A stretch of 20,000 bases of DNA from an uncultured virus (IMG/VR IMGVR_UViG_2630968701_000003) (lineage: Duplodnaviria; Heunggongvirae; Uroviricota; Caudoviricetes): the IMG/VR virus record IMGVR_UViG_2630968701_000003. One strand, 5' to 3'. This document shows positions 8,702-17,193 of the stretch, piece by piece. Made by a program: the position numbers and the translations under genes. Each line of letters begins with the position of its first letter. Position 1 is the stretch's first letter. Under the pieces are notes generated by a model. It was not told where the DNA came from. It did not search any database and saw nothing but the letters and a program-made list of their open reading frames with translations.

Positions 8702-8721
8702 ATTTACGAAAGGAGATTTTT

Positions 8722-9669
8722 ATGTTTAAAGAAGCAACAATTCAAGGAAAGATTTCAGGTCCAGTGATGATCGTATCTGTTACACAGAAACAGACCAGAA
8801 CTTCAAAACCCTATTTGATCTTAAAATTAAGAGATGATCAGAAGAAAGAGGTAGATGCCAAGTTATGGAATATGTCAGTTGAAGAATTTCCATTTGATAA
8901 GAATACTGTGATCATCGGTGAATTTTCTGTTGGAGAATACAACGGGCAGAAAGATTTTACACTGGATATGTACAGAGAAGCTTTGGAATCTGAGTACAGA
9001 ATGGAAGATTTCATCAATGCAGCACCTTACAGTCCGCAAAAAATGTATGAGTATATCTTACAGATTGCAGATCAAACAGTACTTGATGATGTTTATCTTG
9101 CTATCATTCATAATATTTATGAGAAGTACAAAGAACAGATTTTTATCTGGTCTGCTGCCAAAGCAGTACATCATAACATTCGATCTGGATTTTTGTATCA
9201 TACATTCCGTATGGTTCAGAGTGGAATTGCACTTGGAAAGGTGTATGGGCAAGCCTTAAATCACAGTTTATTGTTAACCGGCATTATCTTACATGATGTT
9301 GGAAAGTTAAAAGAATTATATACAGATCCTACAGGAAATGCCGATTATACTCCGGAAGGAAGTTTGCTTGGACATTTACTGATTGGATGTGAAATGATCG
9401 ATGAAGCTTGCAATAAATTAGATCTTCAAAATGATGAGAATAAAGATAAGATTTTACTTTTAAAACACTTATTAGCATCTCATCACGGCAAGCAGGAGTA
9501 CGGAGCAATTACAGTTCCACAGCTGCCGGAGGCTATCATGTTAAATCGAATTGATATGATCGATGCGGAAATGTATCAATGTGAACATGCATTAGAAGAT
9601 CAGAGCAACGGAACATTCACGGACCGTATTTTCGGGTTAAACAACACCCGCTTATACAAACCACTCTAA
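8722..9669 (+). CDS. yhaM: YhaM/Cbf1-family 3'-5' exonuclease (OB fold + HD domain)
   Basis: N-terminal KPYLILKLRD...AKLW (OB fold); AAKAVHH...GFLYHT, LHDVGK, GSLLGH, ASHHG..EYG and PEA..L..ID.IDA motifs. Confidence 0.88.
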   Translation: MFKEATIQGKISGPVMIVSVTQKQTRTSKPYLILKLRDDQKKEVDAKLWNMSVEEFPFDKNTVIIGEFSVGEYNGQKDFTLDMYREALESEYRMEDFINAAPYSPQKMYEYILQIADQTVLDDVYLAIIHNIYEKYKEQIFIWSAAKAVHHNIRSGFLYHTFRMVQSGIALGKVYGQALNHSLLLTGIILHDVGKLKELYTDPTGNADYTPEGSLLGHLLIGCEMIDEACNKLDLQNDENKDKILLLKHLLASHHGKQEYGAITVPQLPEAIMLNRIDMIDAEMYQCEHALEDQSNGTFTDRIFGLNNTRLYKPL

Positions 9670-9690
9670 TTTTGGAAAGGAGTCGTATTT

Positions 9691-10203
9691 ATGCAGTATA
9701 TTTTACACAACAAAGGATGCGGAAATGTTTATTATGTGCAAATCACTGCTGGTGGCAGTCTGAAAAAAGTCAGAGAACGTTCATTGGCAACGATTTTTCA
9801 ATCACAAAGTGAAGCAGATAATATCAAGCATAAATACAAGAAAAAACTGAAAACTTACAAATTGGAACCGATTACTGTACAAAATATAGAACCAGTAAAA
9901 ACGGCAGAACAGGAATGTAAAAGAAAATCTGTTTCTAAAACATTGCGGACACAAGTGTACAACTTAGCAGAAGGACATTGTGCTATTTGCGGTGATTTTG
10001 TTCCATATGAAGATTTTACAGTTGATCATATTTTTCCAGTCTCAAAAGGCGGAAAAAATGAACTGTCTAATCTGCAGTGTACATGTAAATCATGTAATAC
10101 AATGAAACAGAATATGAGCGAAAAAGAATTCCAGTATAAAATCGGAAAGATATTTTTGAGACAAACAATCAAAAGAATCAAGGATAGAAAGAAGGAAAAG
10201 TAA
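9691..10203 (+). CDS. HNH endonuclease
   Basis: CAICG...VDHIFPVSKGGKNELSNLQCTCKSCNTMK. Confidence 0.9.
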   Translation: MQYILHNKGCGNVYYVQITAGGSLKKVRERSLATIFQSQSEADNIKHKYKKKLKTYKLEPITVQNIEPVKTAEQECKRKSVSKTLRTQVYNLAEGHCAICGDFVPYEDFTVDHIFPVSKGGKNELSNLQCTCKSCNTMKQNMSEKEFQYKIGKIFLRQTIKRIKDRKKEK

Positions 10204-10204
10204 A

Positions 10205-10420
10205 TTGAAGAAGAAAATAAATCATAAAGACATGATCGAAGCATGGAATTACGATTCTGGCGTCTTCAAAGGACAATCTATCGGCATTCATAATTCAGCT
10301 ACTGGAGAAATCGACAAGCTGTTATCAGTGGAATGTTTTCATGGAGGAGAAGAAGTAAAACGAATTGTAATTAATAAAGAAGCTACAAAGAAACATGGCT
10401 TTACAATTATCATTGATTAA
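10205..10420 (+). CDS. Small hypothetical protein
   Basis: TTG start right after the HNH stop, AAGGA RBS; fills the gap between genes. Confidence 0.55.
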   Translation: MKKKINHKDMIEAWNYDSGVFKGQSIGIHNSATGEIDKLLSVECFHGGEEVKRIVINKEATKKHGFTIIID

Positions 10421-10437
10421 ATTTAATGGAGGAAGCT

Positions 10438-10674
10438 ATGAGAAAAGCAGAATTCGAACAGAAATATTTAGGGGAAAAAGTTCAAATCGAGTTATTTGAT
10501 GGAGATATCTTAACAGGATTCCTACAAAAAACTGGAGCTGAAAGATTTAGAAATAATCCGGATCTTTATTTGCGTAGAGGTTTTTATTGTTTGACAGAAA
10601 CTTTAGAATCACAGGATTGTGTGAATTTCTTAATCTTTCGATTTTCACATGTTCAAAAGATAAAATTTGTATAA
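10438..10674 (+). CDS. Small protein, possible Sm/LSm-like fold
   Basis: GGAGG RBS; YLGEKVQIELFDGDILTGFL resembles the Sm1 motif and LIFRFSHVQKI resembles Sm2. Fold call is tentative. Confidence 0.55.
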   Translation: MRKAEFEQKYLGEKVQIELFDGDILTGFLQKTGAERFRNNPDLYLRRGFYCLTETLESQDCVNFLIFRFSHVQKIKFV

Positions 10675-10693
10675 AGAAAGGAGTAATATAACT

Positions 10694-11128
10694 ATGGCAC
10701 AGGTAGCAGAATCTAATACAATCATCATTCAAACAAATTTTAGATTGTTATATTTTGCGATGGAAAACATTAAGGATTCAGAGCAGCATGATATCAATTA
10801 CTGGAATCGCTTACAGACAATCATGTATGCTGAAATTGATAAGAATGCGATGTATAATAAAGAATTCTTAAAACGCAATATGACACAGATGATGATGTTT
10901 TATTGTAAAGAGGTTAAGGATATAAATAGAGATTTCTATGATGAAGTTTGCAGACCAATTTACAATATTGTAAAAGAAAATGCAGATGATAATGATCCTA
11001 TGGCTTATTATGAAGAAAGCTTTGGAAAATTAAATGAACTTTATCGTAAAGTAGATGGATACAGTTATTATACGAAGTCTATTTTAGCAGTGACAGATCT
11101 TTTAGAGCAGTTAAAATGGGTGGAGTAG
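10694..11128 (+). CDS. Hypothetical helical protein
   Basis: AAGGAG RBS before ATG 10694. Confidence 0.75.
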   Translation: MAQVAESNTIIIQTNFRLLYFAMENIKDSEQHDINYWNRLQTIMYAEIDKNAMYNKEFLKRNMTQMMMFYCKEVKDINRDFYDEVCRPIYNIVKENADDNDPMAYYEESFGKLNELYRKVDGYSYYTKSILAVTDLLEQLKWVE

Positions 11129-11149
11129 TTAACAAATATTATAAATATT

Positions 11150-11233
11150 AGAAAGGAGGCTCGCCAAATGGCGAGGGCGGAATTATTTTCAACAATTAAT
11201 GTAGGAATAAAAATTTCGCTTATTTATGAATGA
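11150..11233 (+). promoter_or_regulatory. Structured leader (SD + two hairpins) containing a 21-codon uORF 11168-11233 coupled to the adenylyltransferase gene
   Basis: AGAAAGGAGG; CTCGCC/GGCGAG hairpin; GCGGAATT/AATTTCGC hairpin; uORF TGA overlaps ATG 11230. Confidence 0.5.
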
Positions 11234-11793
11234 AACCTTATGACGTAGGATTAGTGTGTGGACGATTCCAGACCTTCCATAAAGGTCATGAAAAATTAGT
11301 TGATACTGGTCTGTTACTGTGTGATCGATTACTGATTCTAATCGGCTCTGCACAGGAATCTGGAACTGAACGTAATCCGTTCAATATCAATACACGGACC
11401 AAAATCCTAAGAGAGATTTATGGAGATCGTCCAGAGATTATGATCTATGCACTTTCGGACATGACGGACGAAAATGATATTTGTCCTGAATGGGGACGTT
11501 ATCTGTTAAACAATGTAGACAGATACATCTACAAGAATCCCGAGCTGATGATTTATGGCAACGATGAAAGCCGAAGCGGTTGGTTTGACAAAAAAGATCT
11601 TGCAAACACAGCTGAATTAATCGTTAACAGACAGGATTTACCAATCAGTGCAACTATGGTGAGAGAAGCAATGGCAAAAGATGATCGAAAAAAATGGATG
11701 AGTCTAGTAAACCCACGTTTACATAAAATGTATGATGTATTACGTGCGGAACTTATGAGCGTACCGTTTTATCAGGAGCTAAGTAAAAATTAG
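11230..11793 (+). CDS. NadM-type nicotinamide-nucleotide adenylyltransferase (HxGH cytidyltransferase family)
   Basis: GRFQTFHKGH, IGSAQES..ERNPF and ISATMVR motifs. Confidence 0.85.
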   Translation: MKPYDVGLVCGRFQTFHKGHEKLVDTGLLLCDRLLILIGSAQESGTERNPFNINTRTKILREIYGDRPEIMIYALSDMTDENDICPEWGRYLLNNVDRYIYKNPELMIYGNDESRSGWFDKKDLANTAELIVNRQDLPISATMVREAMAKDDRKKWMSLVNPRLHKMYDVLRAELMSVPFYQELSKN

Positions 11794-11841
11794 CTAAAAA
11801 GAAGTCAAAAAATTAGTTATAAAGAAAAGGAGAAAGAAACA

Positions 11842-12285
11842 ATGAATAAAGCAATTTTAATGGGAAGATTAACAAGAGATCCAGATGTAAGATACTCACA
11901 GGGAGAAAATCCTATGGCAATCGCACGATACACATTAGCGGTAGACAGACGATTCAAAAGAGATGGTGAGCAGAGTGCAGATTTTATTAACTGTTTAGCG
12001 TTTGGAAGATCAGCAGAATTTGCAGAGAAGTATTTCAAACAGGGTACAAAGATTGCTGTTTCCGGAAGAATCCAGACAGGAAGTTATACAAACCGTGAGG
12101 GTGTGAAAGTTTACACAACAGAAGTTGTGATCGAAGAACAGGAATTTGCAGAGAGCAAAGCAGCTGCATCCCAGAACAATAATAGGGGAGCTTCACAGCC
12201 AAGCACACCTCAGCCAAGTACGGCAGCAAGCGATGGTTTTATGAACATCCCTGATGGACTGGAGGATGAACTCCCATTTAATTAA
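11842..12285 (+). CDS. ssb: Single-stranded DNA-binding protein
   Basis: MNKAILMGRLTRDP...ADFINC...GRIQTGSY, acidic DELPF tail. Confidence 0.97.
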   Translation: MNKAILMGRLTRDPDVRYSQGENPMAIARYTLAVDRRFKRDGEQSADFINCLAFGRSAEFAEKYFKQGTKIAVSGRIQTGSYTNREGVKVYTTEVVIEEQEFAESKAAASQNNNRGASQPSTPQPSTAASDGFMNIPDGLEDELPFN

Positions 12286-12308
12286 GAAAGAACGTAGAAT
12301 CATTATTG

Positions 12309-12353
12309 ATCCAGTATATTCAGACAGATTGTCGGATATACTGGATTTTTTTT
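12309..12353 (+). terminator. Intrinsic terminator after ssb
   Basis: ATCCAGTATATTC/GGATATACTGGAT stem + T run. Confidence 0.85.
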
Positions 12354-12372
12354 AAGAAAGGAAGAGGTTAAA

Positions 12373-13221
12373 ATGCAAAATAAAAATAATATAAAAAATT
12401 GGAAGATTGAAATAACAAACGAAGGAGCTAAATTATTCATTACAGAAGGAGCCGTAATGGCTAGAGACGTTTTAAATCTTGCAAGAGAACAGGCTATAAA
12501 ATATAACTTATCAAACTTGAAGATTTATACGGTTTATATGCGTGATGGATATTATTATGATTATACTTTTGAAGATGATATGCTATATTTCATACATATG
12601 ACTGAAAAGATTGAAAATGAAGATATTTCTTATTTGATGAAACGGGCTGCAGAAAAGTTATCAACTCTAAAATTAGACGATCGTATATGGAGCGTTAATT
12701 TTTCTATTGATAATCTTCCAAGAGAGAAAAATGGAGATCTATATGCTGCCTGTGCTATGGTCATTCATTTTTATGATAGAAATGATGATTATGAAATTGA
12801 TTCACAACGGTTTTATTTTAATTTATCGTCAGGACAATGGGAATCTATTAAAAATGTAAAGAATAAGTCTATATCATGCAAAAATTCATTGGCCTGCAAA
12901 ATTGGAGATAACTATTTTATGATTCAGAAATCAGAAGATGGTTACGATTATACACTTTATACTTCTGATTATTCAGAAATTGATGGAGGACAGCTTGATA
13001 ATCCGGATATTTCTATTTATGATGCAATGAATGAAATCTTAGAAGATCTGGATATTGAGATTCCAGGTCATAAAGATGAAATTGATTATGAAGAATTAGA
13101 AGAAAAAGTTGAAAATGCAGAAAATGAACGTATCAACAAAATATTATCAAATCATGGTTGTACAGTGATTGCTCAATCAGATTGTCATACTGATTTTCTT
13201 ATAAAATCAGGAGAAAATTAG
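12373..13221 (+). CDS. Modular protein with C-terminal LPD16-like (large polyvalent protein-associated) domain
   Basis: IQKSEDGYDYTLY..DYSEIDGGQLDNPDISIYDAMNEIL matches the LPD16 pattern as recalled. Confidence 0.7.
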   Translation: MQNKNNIKNWKIEITNEGAKLFITEGAVMARDVLNLAREQAIKYNLSNLKIYTVYMRDGYYYDYTFEDDMLYFIHMTEKIENEDISYLMKRAAEKLSTLKLDDRIWSVNFSIDNLPREKNGDLYAACAMVIHFYDRNDDYEIDSQRFYFNLSSGQWESIKNVKNKSISCKNSLACKIGDNYFMIQKSEDGYDYTLYTSDYSEIDGGQLDNPDISIYDAMNEILEDLDIEIPGHKDEIDYEELEEKVENAENERINKILSNHGCTVIAQSDCHTDFLIKSGEN

Positions 13222-13249
13222 AATTTTGAAAGAATATTAAGAAATAACT

Positions 13250-13286
13250 AAAAGCGGTGTGAGTATAAATCTCATACCGCTTTTTT
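13250..13286 (+). terminator. Intrinsic (possibly bidirectional) terminator
   Basis: AAAAGCGGTGTGAG/CTCATACCGCTTTTTT. Confidence 0.85.
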
Positions 13287-13304
13287 ACTAAAGGAGAAAA
13301 ACAC

Positions 13305-14123
13305 ATGGAAGAAAAGGAAATAAAAATTGCAGAAAGATTCAACATACTTGATAAATGTCAAAAGTTAGAGAAAGATTTTTTACAGCTTAGTAGAATAACA
13401 AAAGTAGAATTTGATCTAAACGGACTATATGACAATATTTATCAGGTTATTATATTAGTAAAATATGAGATTCCAATGGAATTAGGTCCAAAGAAATATT
13501 TTAGAATCAGAACAAATATTTTGAAAAAAGTTTTGGAAATTGCACAAAACAACCAATTAATTCGAACAGACGATTCGATAGAAGATTATGGAGAGTATTT
13601 TTACATTGTATTTGATTGTTCTAGTTGGAAATATCAGATACAAAGATATACAGAACTTTTCAAAAATGTTTATGGTCCTGAAATTGAAAATCCTAAAGAC
13701 GGGATGGAAAAGGAACGTGAAGTAATTAAGACTTTGATCAAAGAGGGACTTGGAATGCTTAATAAAGCGAGATCACAAGCTCTTTTTCTTGACGATATAG
13801 AGATGCAAGAGGATATTACAAATGCTTTGAATATTTTTCTGGCAGCAGAAGAAAAACAACAGAAGATTTCTCCGGAAAAAAATCTTTTTGAAGATTATAC
13901 AGATGAGGAATTATTGATTTTTTATGATTGCCTTAAAAAAGCTGATTTTTATGTGATTCCTGAATTAAGCAAGATTGCTTCAAAATATGTTTCTAGCAAA
14001 CGCTGCTATTTAGATTTGATTTTCGAGTTGTCTAAACGATGGTATCAAGAGAAACAGAAGAAATACAAAGAAGAAAATGGAAAATTTCATCAGTGGTTAG
14101 AGGGAGAAGATCCATTAATTTAA
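13305..14123 (+). CDS. Hypothetical protein (272 aa)
   Basis: AAGGAG RBS; long ORF. Confidence 0.8.
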   Translation: MEEKEIKIAERFNILDKCQKLEKDFLQLSRITKVEFDLNGLYDNIYQVIILVKYEIPMELGPKKYFRIRTNILKKVLEIAQNNQLIRTDDSIEDYGEYFYIVFDCSSWKYQIQRYTELFKNVYGPEIENPKDGMEKEREVIKTLIKEGLGMLNKARSQALFLDDIEMQEDITNALNIFLAAEEKQQKISPEKNLFEDYTDEELLIFYDCLKKADFYVIPELSKIASKYVSSKRCYLDLIFELSKRWYQEKQKKYKEENGKFHQWLEGEDPLI

Positions 14124-14186
14124 AAGATTAGTGATTGATTAAAGCCTCTAAGCTAAATTGAAGATATTATTAAGGAGAAAGAAATC

Positions 14187-14999
14187 ATGTTAGTAGAAGT
14201 TACATATGCTTGTAAAATGGGATGTACGCATTGTTTATCAGACTGCAAACCGGATGGAGAACATATGACACTGGAAGTATTTGAAGATGTATTAAAATTT
14301 ATGATCAAAAATCAGATTCCAACGTGGAGTTTTTCAGGTGGAGAAATGTTTGAACATCCAGATATTTTGAAGATGCTGTCACTTATCGAATCATATTGGA
14401 AGACATTACCGATTAAGTATCCAATCACATTTGCAACAAATGGTCGTGAACTTGTTCGTAACAAAAAAATTTATCATGCAGTTTCAAAGTTCTTGAAACA
14501 CTGTGGAAAACGATATGTTATGATCCAGGTGACAGATGATCCGAGATTTTATCCCGATCCATTAACAGATAATGAAAAATATTGGTTATCTAAGTTAGGA
14601 GTTATTATTGATACGGTGCCTTCGGATCAAAACAATAAATCTCACTGTTTGTATCCACAAGGACGTGCTTTGAAGAATTATTCCGATGAATATTGGAATA
14701 CGATTGCACCTAAATGTATCAATTGCATTTTGATTACAAAGCAGAAACCAGAAGCAACATTGAAGGATTTGGTCAATATACTTTTATCTAATGGCAAGGT
14801 TTGTACACCAGTTATTGCACCAGATGGAAGTATTAAGATTGGTGAGTCGGCACTTTGTCCTAAAATTGCATCTATTTACGATTCTGTTCCGGAAATTATG
14901 GAAAAGATTCGTAATGCAAGATGTCGTGCGTGTAAAATTCCATGGGAAAAATTAAAAGAAACAAATCCAATCGCATATTTATTATGTGAAAATTTTTGA
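14187..14999 (+). CDS. Radical SAM protein with additional C-terminal cysteines
   Basis: CKMGCTHC (CxxxCxxC), FSGGEMF and FATNG motifs; later CINC, C, C, CRAC. Confidence 0.88.
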   Translation: MLVEVTYACKMGCTHCLSDCKPDGEHMTLEVFEDVLKFMIKNQIPTWSFSGGEMFEHPDILKMLSLIESYWKTLPIKYPITFATNGRELVRNKKIYHAVSKFLKHCGKRYVMIQVTDDPRFYPDPLTDNEKYWLSKLGVIIDTVPSDQNNKSHCLYPQGRALKNYSDEYWNTIAPKCINCILITKQKPEATLKDLVNILLSNGKVCTPVIAPDGSIKIGESALCPKIASIYDSVPEIMEKIRNARCRACKIPWEKLKETNPIAYLLCENF

Positions 15000-15001
15000 T
15001 A

Positions 15002-15075
15002 AGAAAGGAGGCTTACTCTACAGTGGGGCAAAAGAGGCTTAGACGATAAGTCTCTTTTGTTTATTTACACATGAA
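15002..15075 (+). promoter_or_regulatory. SD + two hairpins (second is terminator-like); same layout as 11150-11233
   Basis: AGAAAGGAGGCT...GGGC, then CAAAAGAGGCTTA/TAAGTCTCTTTTG, then TTATTTA..ATGAA. Confidence 0.5.
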
Positions 15076-15278
15076 TCAAAATGGAGTAAAAAAATAAGAA
15101 AACAAATCGAATAGATAGAGCAATAATGTTATGTTCTATCTACGATGTTATAAAAGATGGTAATAAATGTATTGCAGTAGATCTTGAAGGGAATGAATTT
15201 GCTGAGTTAAATAATTGTCATGCAAATGATAAAACTAAGGAATATTAACTGCAATATAGATAAATTGAGGAGAAAGTT

Positions 15279-16232
15279 ATGAACAGAAAAATTAAAAAAA
15301 TAGAAGATGTAGTAACAATGCCAATAACAAAATATGTTACAACGGATGGAAAAAAATTTACGGATGATTATGATGCAAATATGCATCAAGCACATTTAGA
15401 TTCAATGGACAAAGCAAAGTTATGTTTTAAAAAATATGGAATTTATACCAGTGATCCAATGATTAAGAATCATAAAAATAATGATCAAATTATTAGCAAT
15501 GATTATCTTCTTACTCGCATCTTACATACAGATATATCAAGTAATGATGATCTGTATATCTTACAGGCAAAAGATGAGAAATCTGAAAAAGAAATTCTGA
15601 AAACATTTCGTGATTACTTGAATACTGATGTTATGGATCGTCGTTTTTTTAATGTGGCAAATAATTATATATTTCCCCATACAATCATCTTTTGTAGAGA
15701 TTCCATTTATGGAAATTATAATGCTTTGTGTGCAGAAAGGGAATTTGAGCTTATTGAAAATGCTTTAAAATTTGGAAGACAAGTCTTAAATATGGCAGAC
15801 AAAAAAGAAGATAATATCGTATCTGATGAAGCGAAAGAAAAAAATATGATTAATAAAAGAGAGTTGGCAGCAAGATTAAAACAGGGAGAATGTCTTGAAG
15901 AAATTTTTGATTTTACTGATGGTCAGGAATGTTTGATTTATAAAGGAGATTTTGAAGTATCCGATAATATTATTTATATTCCTGATATTTATCTTAATAA
16001 ATTGAACCTTGGAGTCGTAGCGACAGGGGAAAATTTGAATGATATTTTGAAAAATTGCTATACAGGAAATGATTTCTTGAAGGCATGCAATGGATACAAA
16101 AACATTGCCAAAGCCTTATTTGATTTTGTTGATTGGCAGCATCCAAACATCCAAGATCTCACTGATTGTTATGATGAAGAAGAATTTTACAATGAATTTG
16201 GAATTCATTTTGATGATTTAGGTAATGATTAG
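15279..16232 (+). CDS. Two-module hypothetical protein
   Basis: GAGGAG RBS; C-terminal module with YIPD...YTGNDFL...LFDFVDWQHP. Confidence 0.8.
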   Translation: MNRKIKKIEDVVTMPITKYVTTDGKKFTDDYDANMHQAHLDSMDKAKLCFKKYGIYTSDPMIKNHKNNDQIISNDYLLTRILHTDISSNDDLYILQAKDEKSEKEILKTFRDYLNTDVMDRRFFNVANNYIFPHTIIFCRDSIYGNYNALCAEREFELIENALKFGRQVLNMADKKEDNIVSDEAKEKNMINKRELAARLKQGECLEEIFDFTDGQECLIYKGDFEVSDNIIYIPDIYLNKLNLGVVATGENLNDILKNCYTGNDFLKACNGYKNIAKALFDFVDWQHPNIQDLTDCYDEEEFYNEFGIHFDDLGND

Positions 16233-16306
16233 CCATTGAGATGTATAACAAAGTATTGAAGTTGAAATCAGAGAAATTTATATTATATAAGAAAGGAAGA
16301 ATACTA

Positions 16307-17107
16307 ATGAATCATAATCGTAATGCCCATTATTGGGAAAATAGAGACGAAAGAAAAGAAAGAGCTTATCTCCATACAAAAAATATGGCTTATGTTTTTT
16401 CAGATCATATTGAACAATGTGTTCGAAATACAAAATTATATGATGATACAAATACATTTGATGAATTAAATCCAGTATTGACAAGAGAAGTTTCCGTTGT
16501 TGATCTGGATACGGTGTCTGCAATATTTCGTTACAAAAGGAAAGAAAAAAGGACGGCAATTCTTAACTTTGCCAGCTATAAAAATGCCGGCGGAATGTTT
16601 TTACAAGGTAGCAGTGCTCAGGAAGAAAGTTTATGCCATGCATCGTTTTTATACAATGTATTATCTGAATTCAAAGACTATTACGCTTGGAATGATAAGC
16701 ACAAGAATCGTGCATTATATGAAAATCGAGCATTGTATTCTCCTGATGTTGTATTTACAAATGATAGTGTAGGGACACTTTGTGATGTAATTACATGTGC
16801 TGCACCAAACAAATCGGCAGCACAGAAATATTGTCATGTATCAGATGAAGAAAACTATAATGCATTAGAGTCAAGAATTCGTTTTGTCTTACATATTGCA
16901 GAAAAAGAAAAAGTAGACACGCTTATTTTGGGTGCTTACGGAGCGGGAGTTTTTGGTCAGGATGCAACAGAAGTTGCACAGATTTTCAAAAGACTTTTGA
17001 TTGAAGAATTTTGGACTTTTGAAAAAATCATCTTTGCGATCCCAGATTGCTCAAGGAATAAAAATTATAAGAAATTTTTGGATGTAATGTCCGATACGAT
17101 TATGTAA
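16307..17107 (+). CDS. Bacterial PARG-type macrodomain protein (TIGR02452/DUF2263; ADP-ribose glycohydrolase)
   Basis: LNFAS.KNAGG.FLQGSSAQEESLC catalytic loop, LYSPDV, ITCAAP, LILGAYGAGVFG; GAAAGGA RBS before ATG 16307. Confidence 0.9.
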   Translation: MNHNRNAHYWENRDERKERAYLHTKNMAYVFSDHIEQCVRNTKLYDDTNTFDELNPVLTREVSVVDLDTVSAIFRYKRKEKRTAILNFASYKNAGGMFLQGSSAQEESLCHASFLYNVLSEFKDYYAWNDKHKNRALYENRALYSPDVVFTNDSVGTLCDVITCAAPNKSAAQKYCHVSDEENYNALESRIRFVLHIAEKEKVDTLILGAYGAGVFGQDATEVAQIFKRLLIEEFWTFEKIIFAIPDCSRNKNYKKFLDVMSDTIM

Positions 17108-17152
17108 GAATGGAAAACGCCTTATAAAAGGCCAAAATTATTTAAATAATGG

Positions 17153-17193
17153 AAAGGGAGTTGCACATTTTTGTGCAGCTCTTTTTTTGTTTT
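17153..17193 (+). terminator. Intrinsic terminator
   Basis: GGGAGTTGCACA/TGTGCAGCTCTT stem + T run. Confidence 0.85.

Noticed and set aside
9691..10203. HNH protein as an IscB/Cas9-like RNA-guided nuclease
   Set aside because: Only 170 aa, no RuvC or PLMP motifs, and no adjacent non-coding space for a guide RNA.
11230..11793. Complete NARP1/NARP2 NAD-reconstitution operon
   Set aside because: No Nampt/Namat or Adps-like gene in the window; only the adenylyltransferase is present.
57..16772. Nested alternative-frame + strand ORFs (57, 1482, 4108, 5323, 8918, 16497)
   Set aside because: Fully inside longer genes, with no RBS or recognisable motifs.
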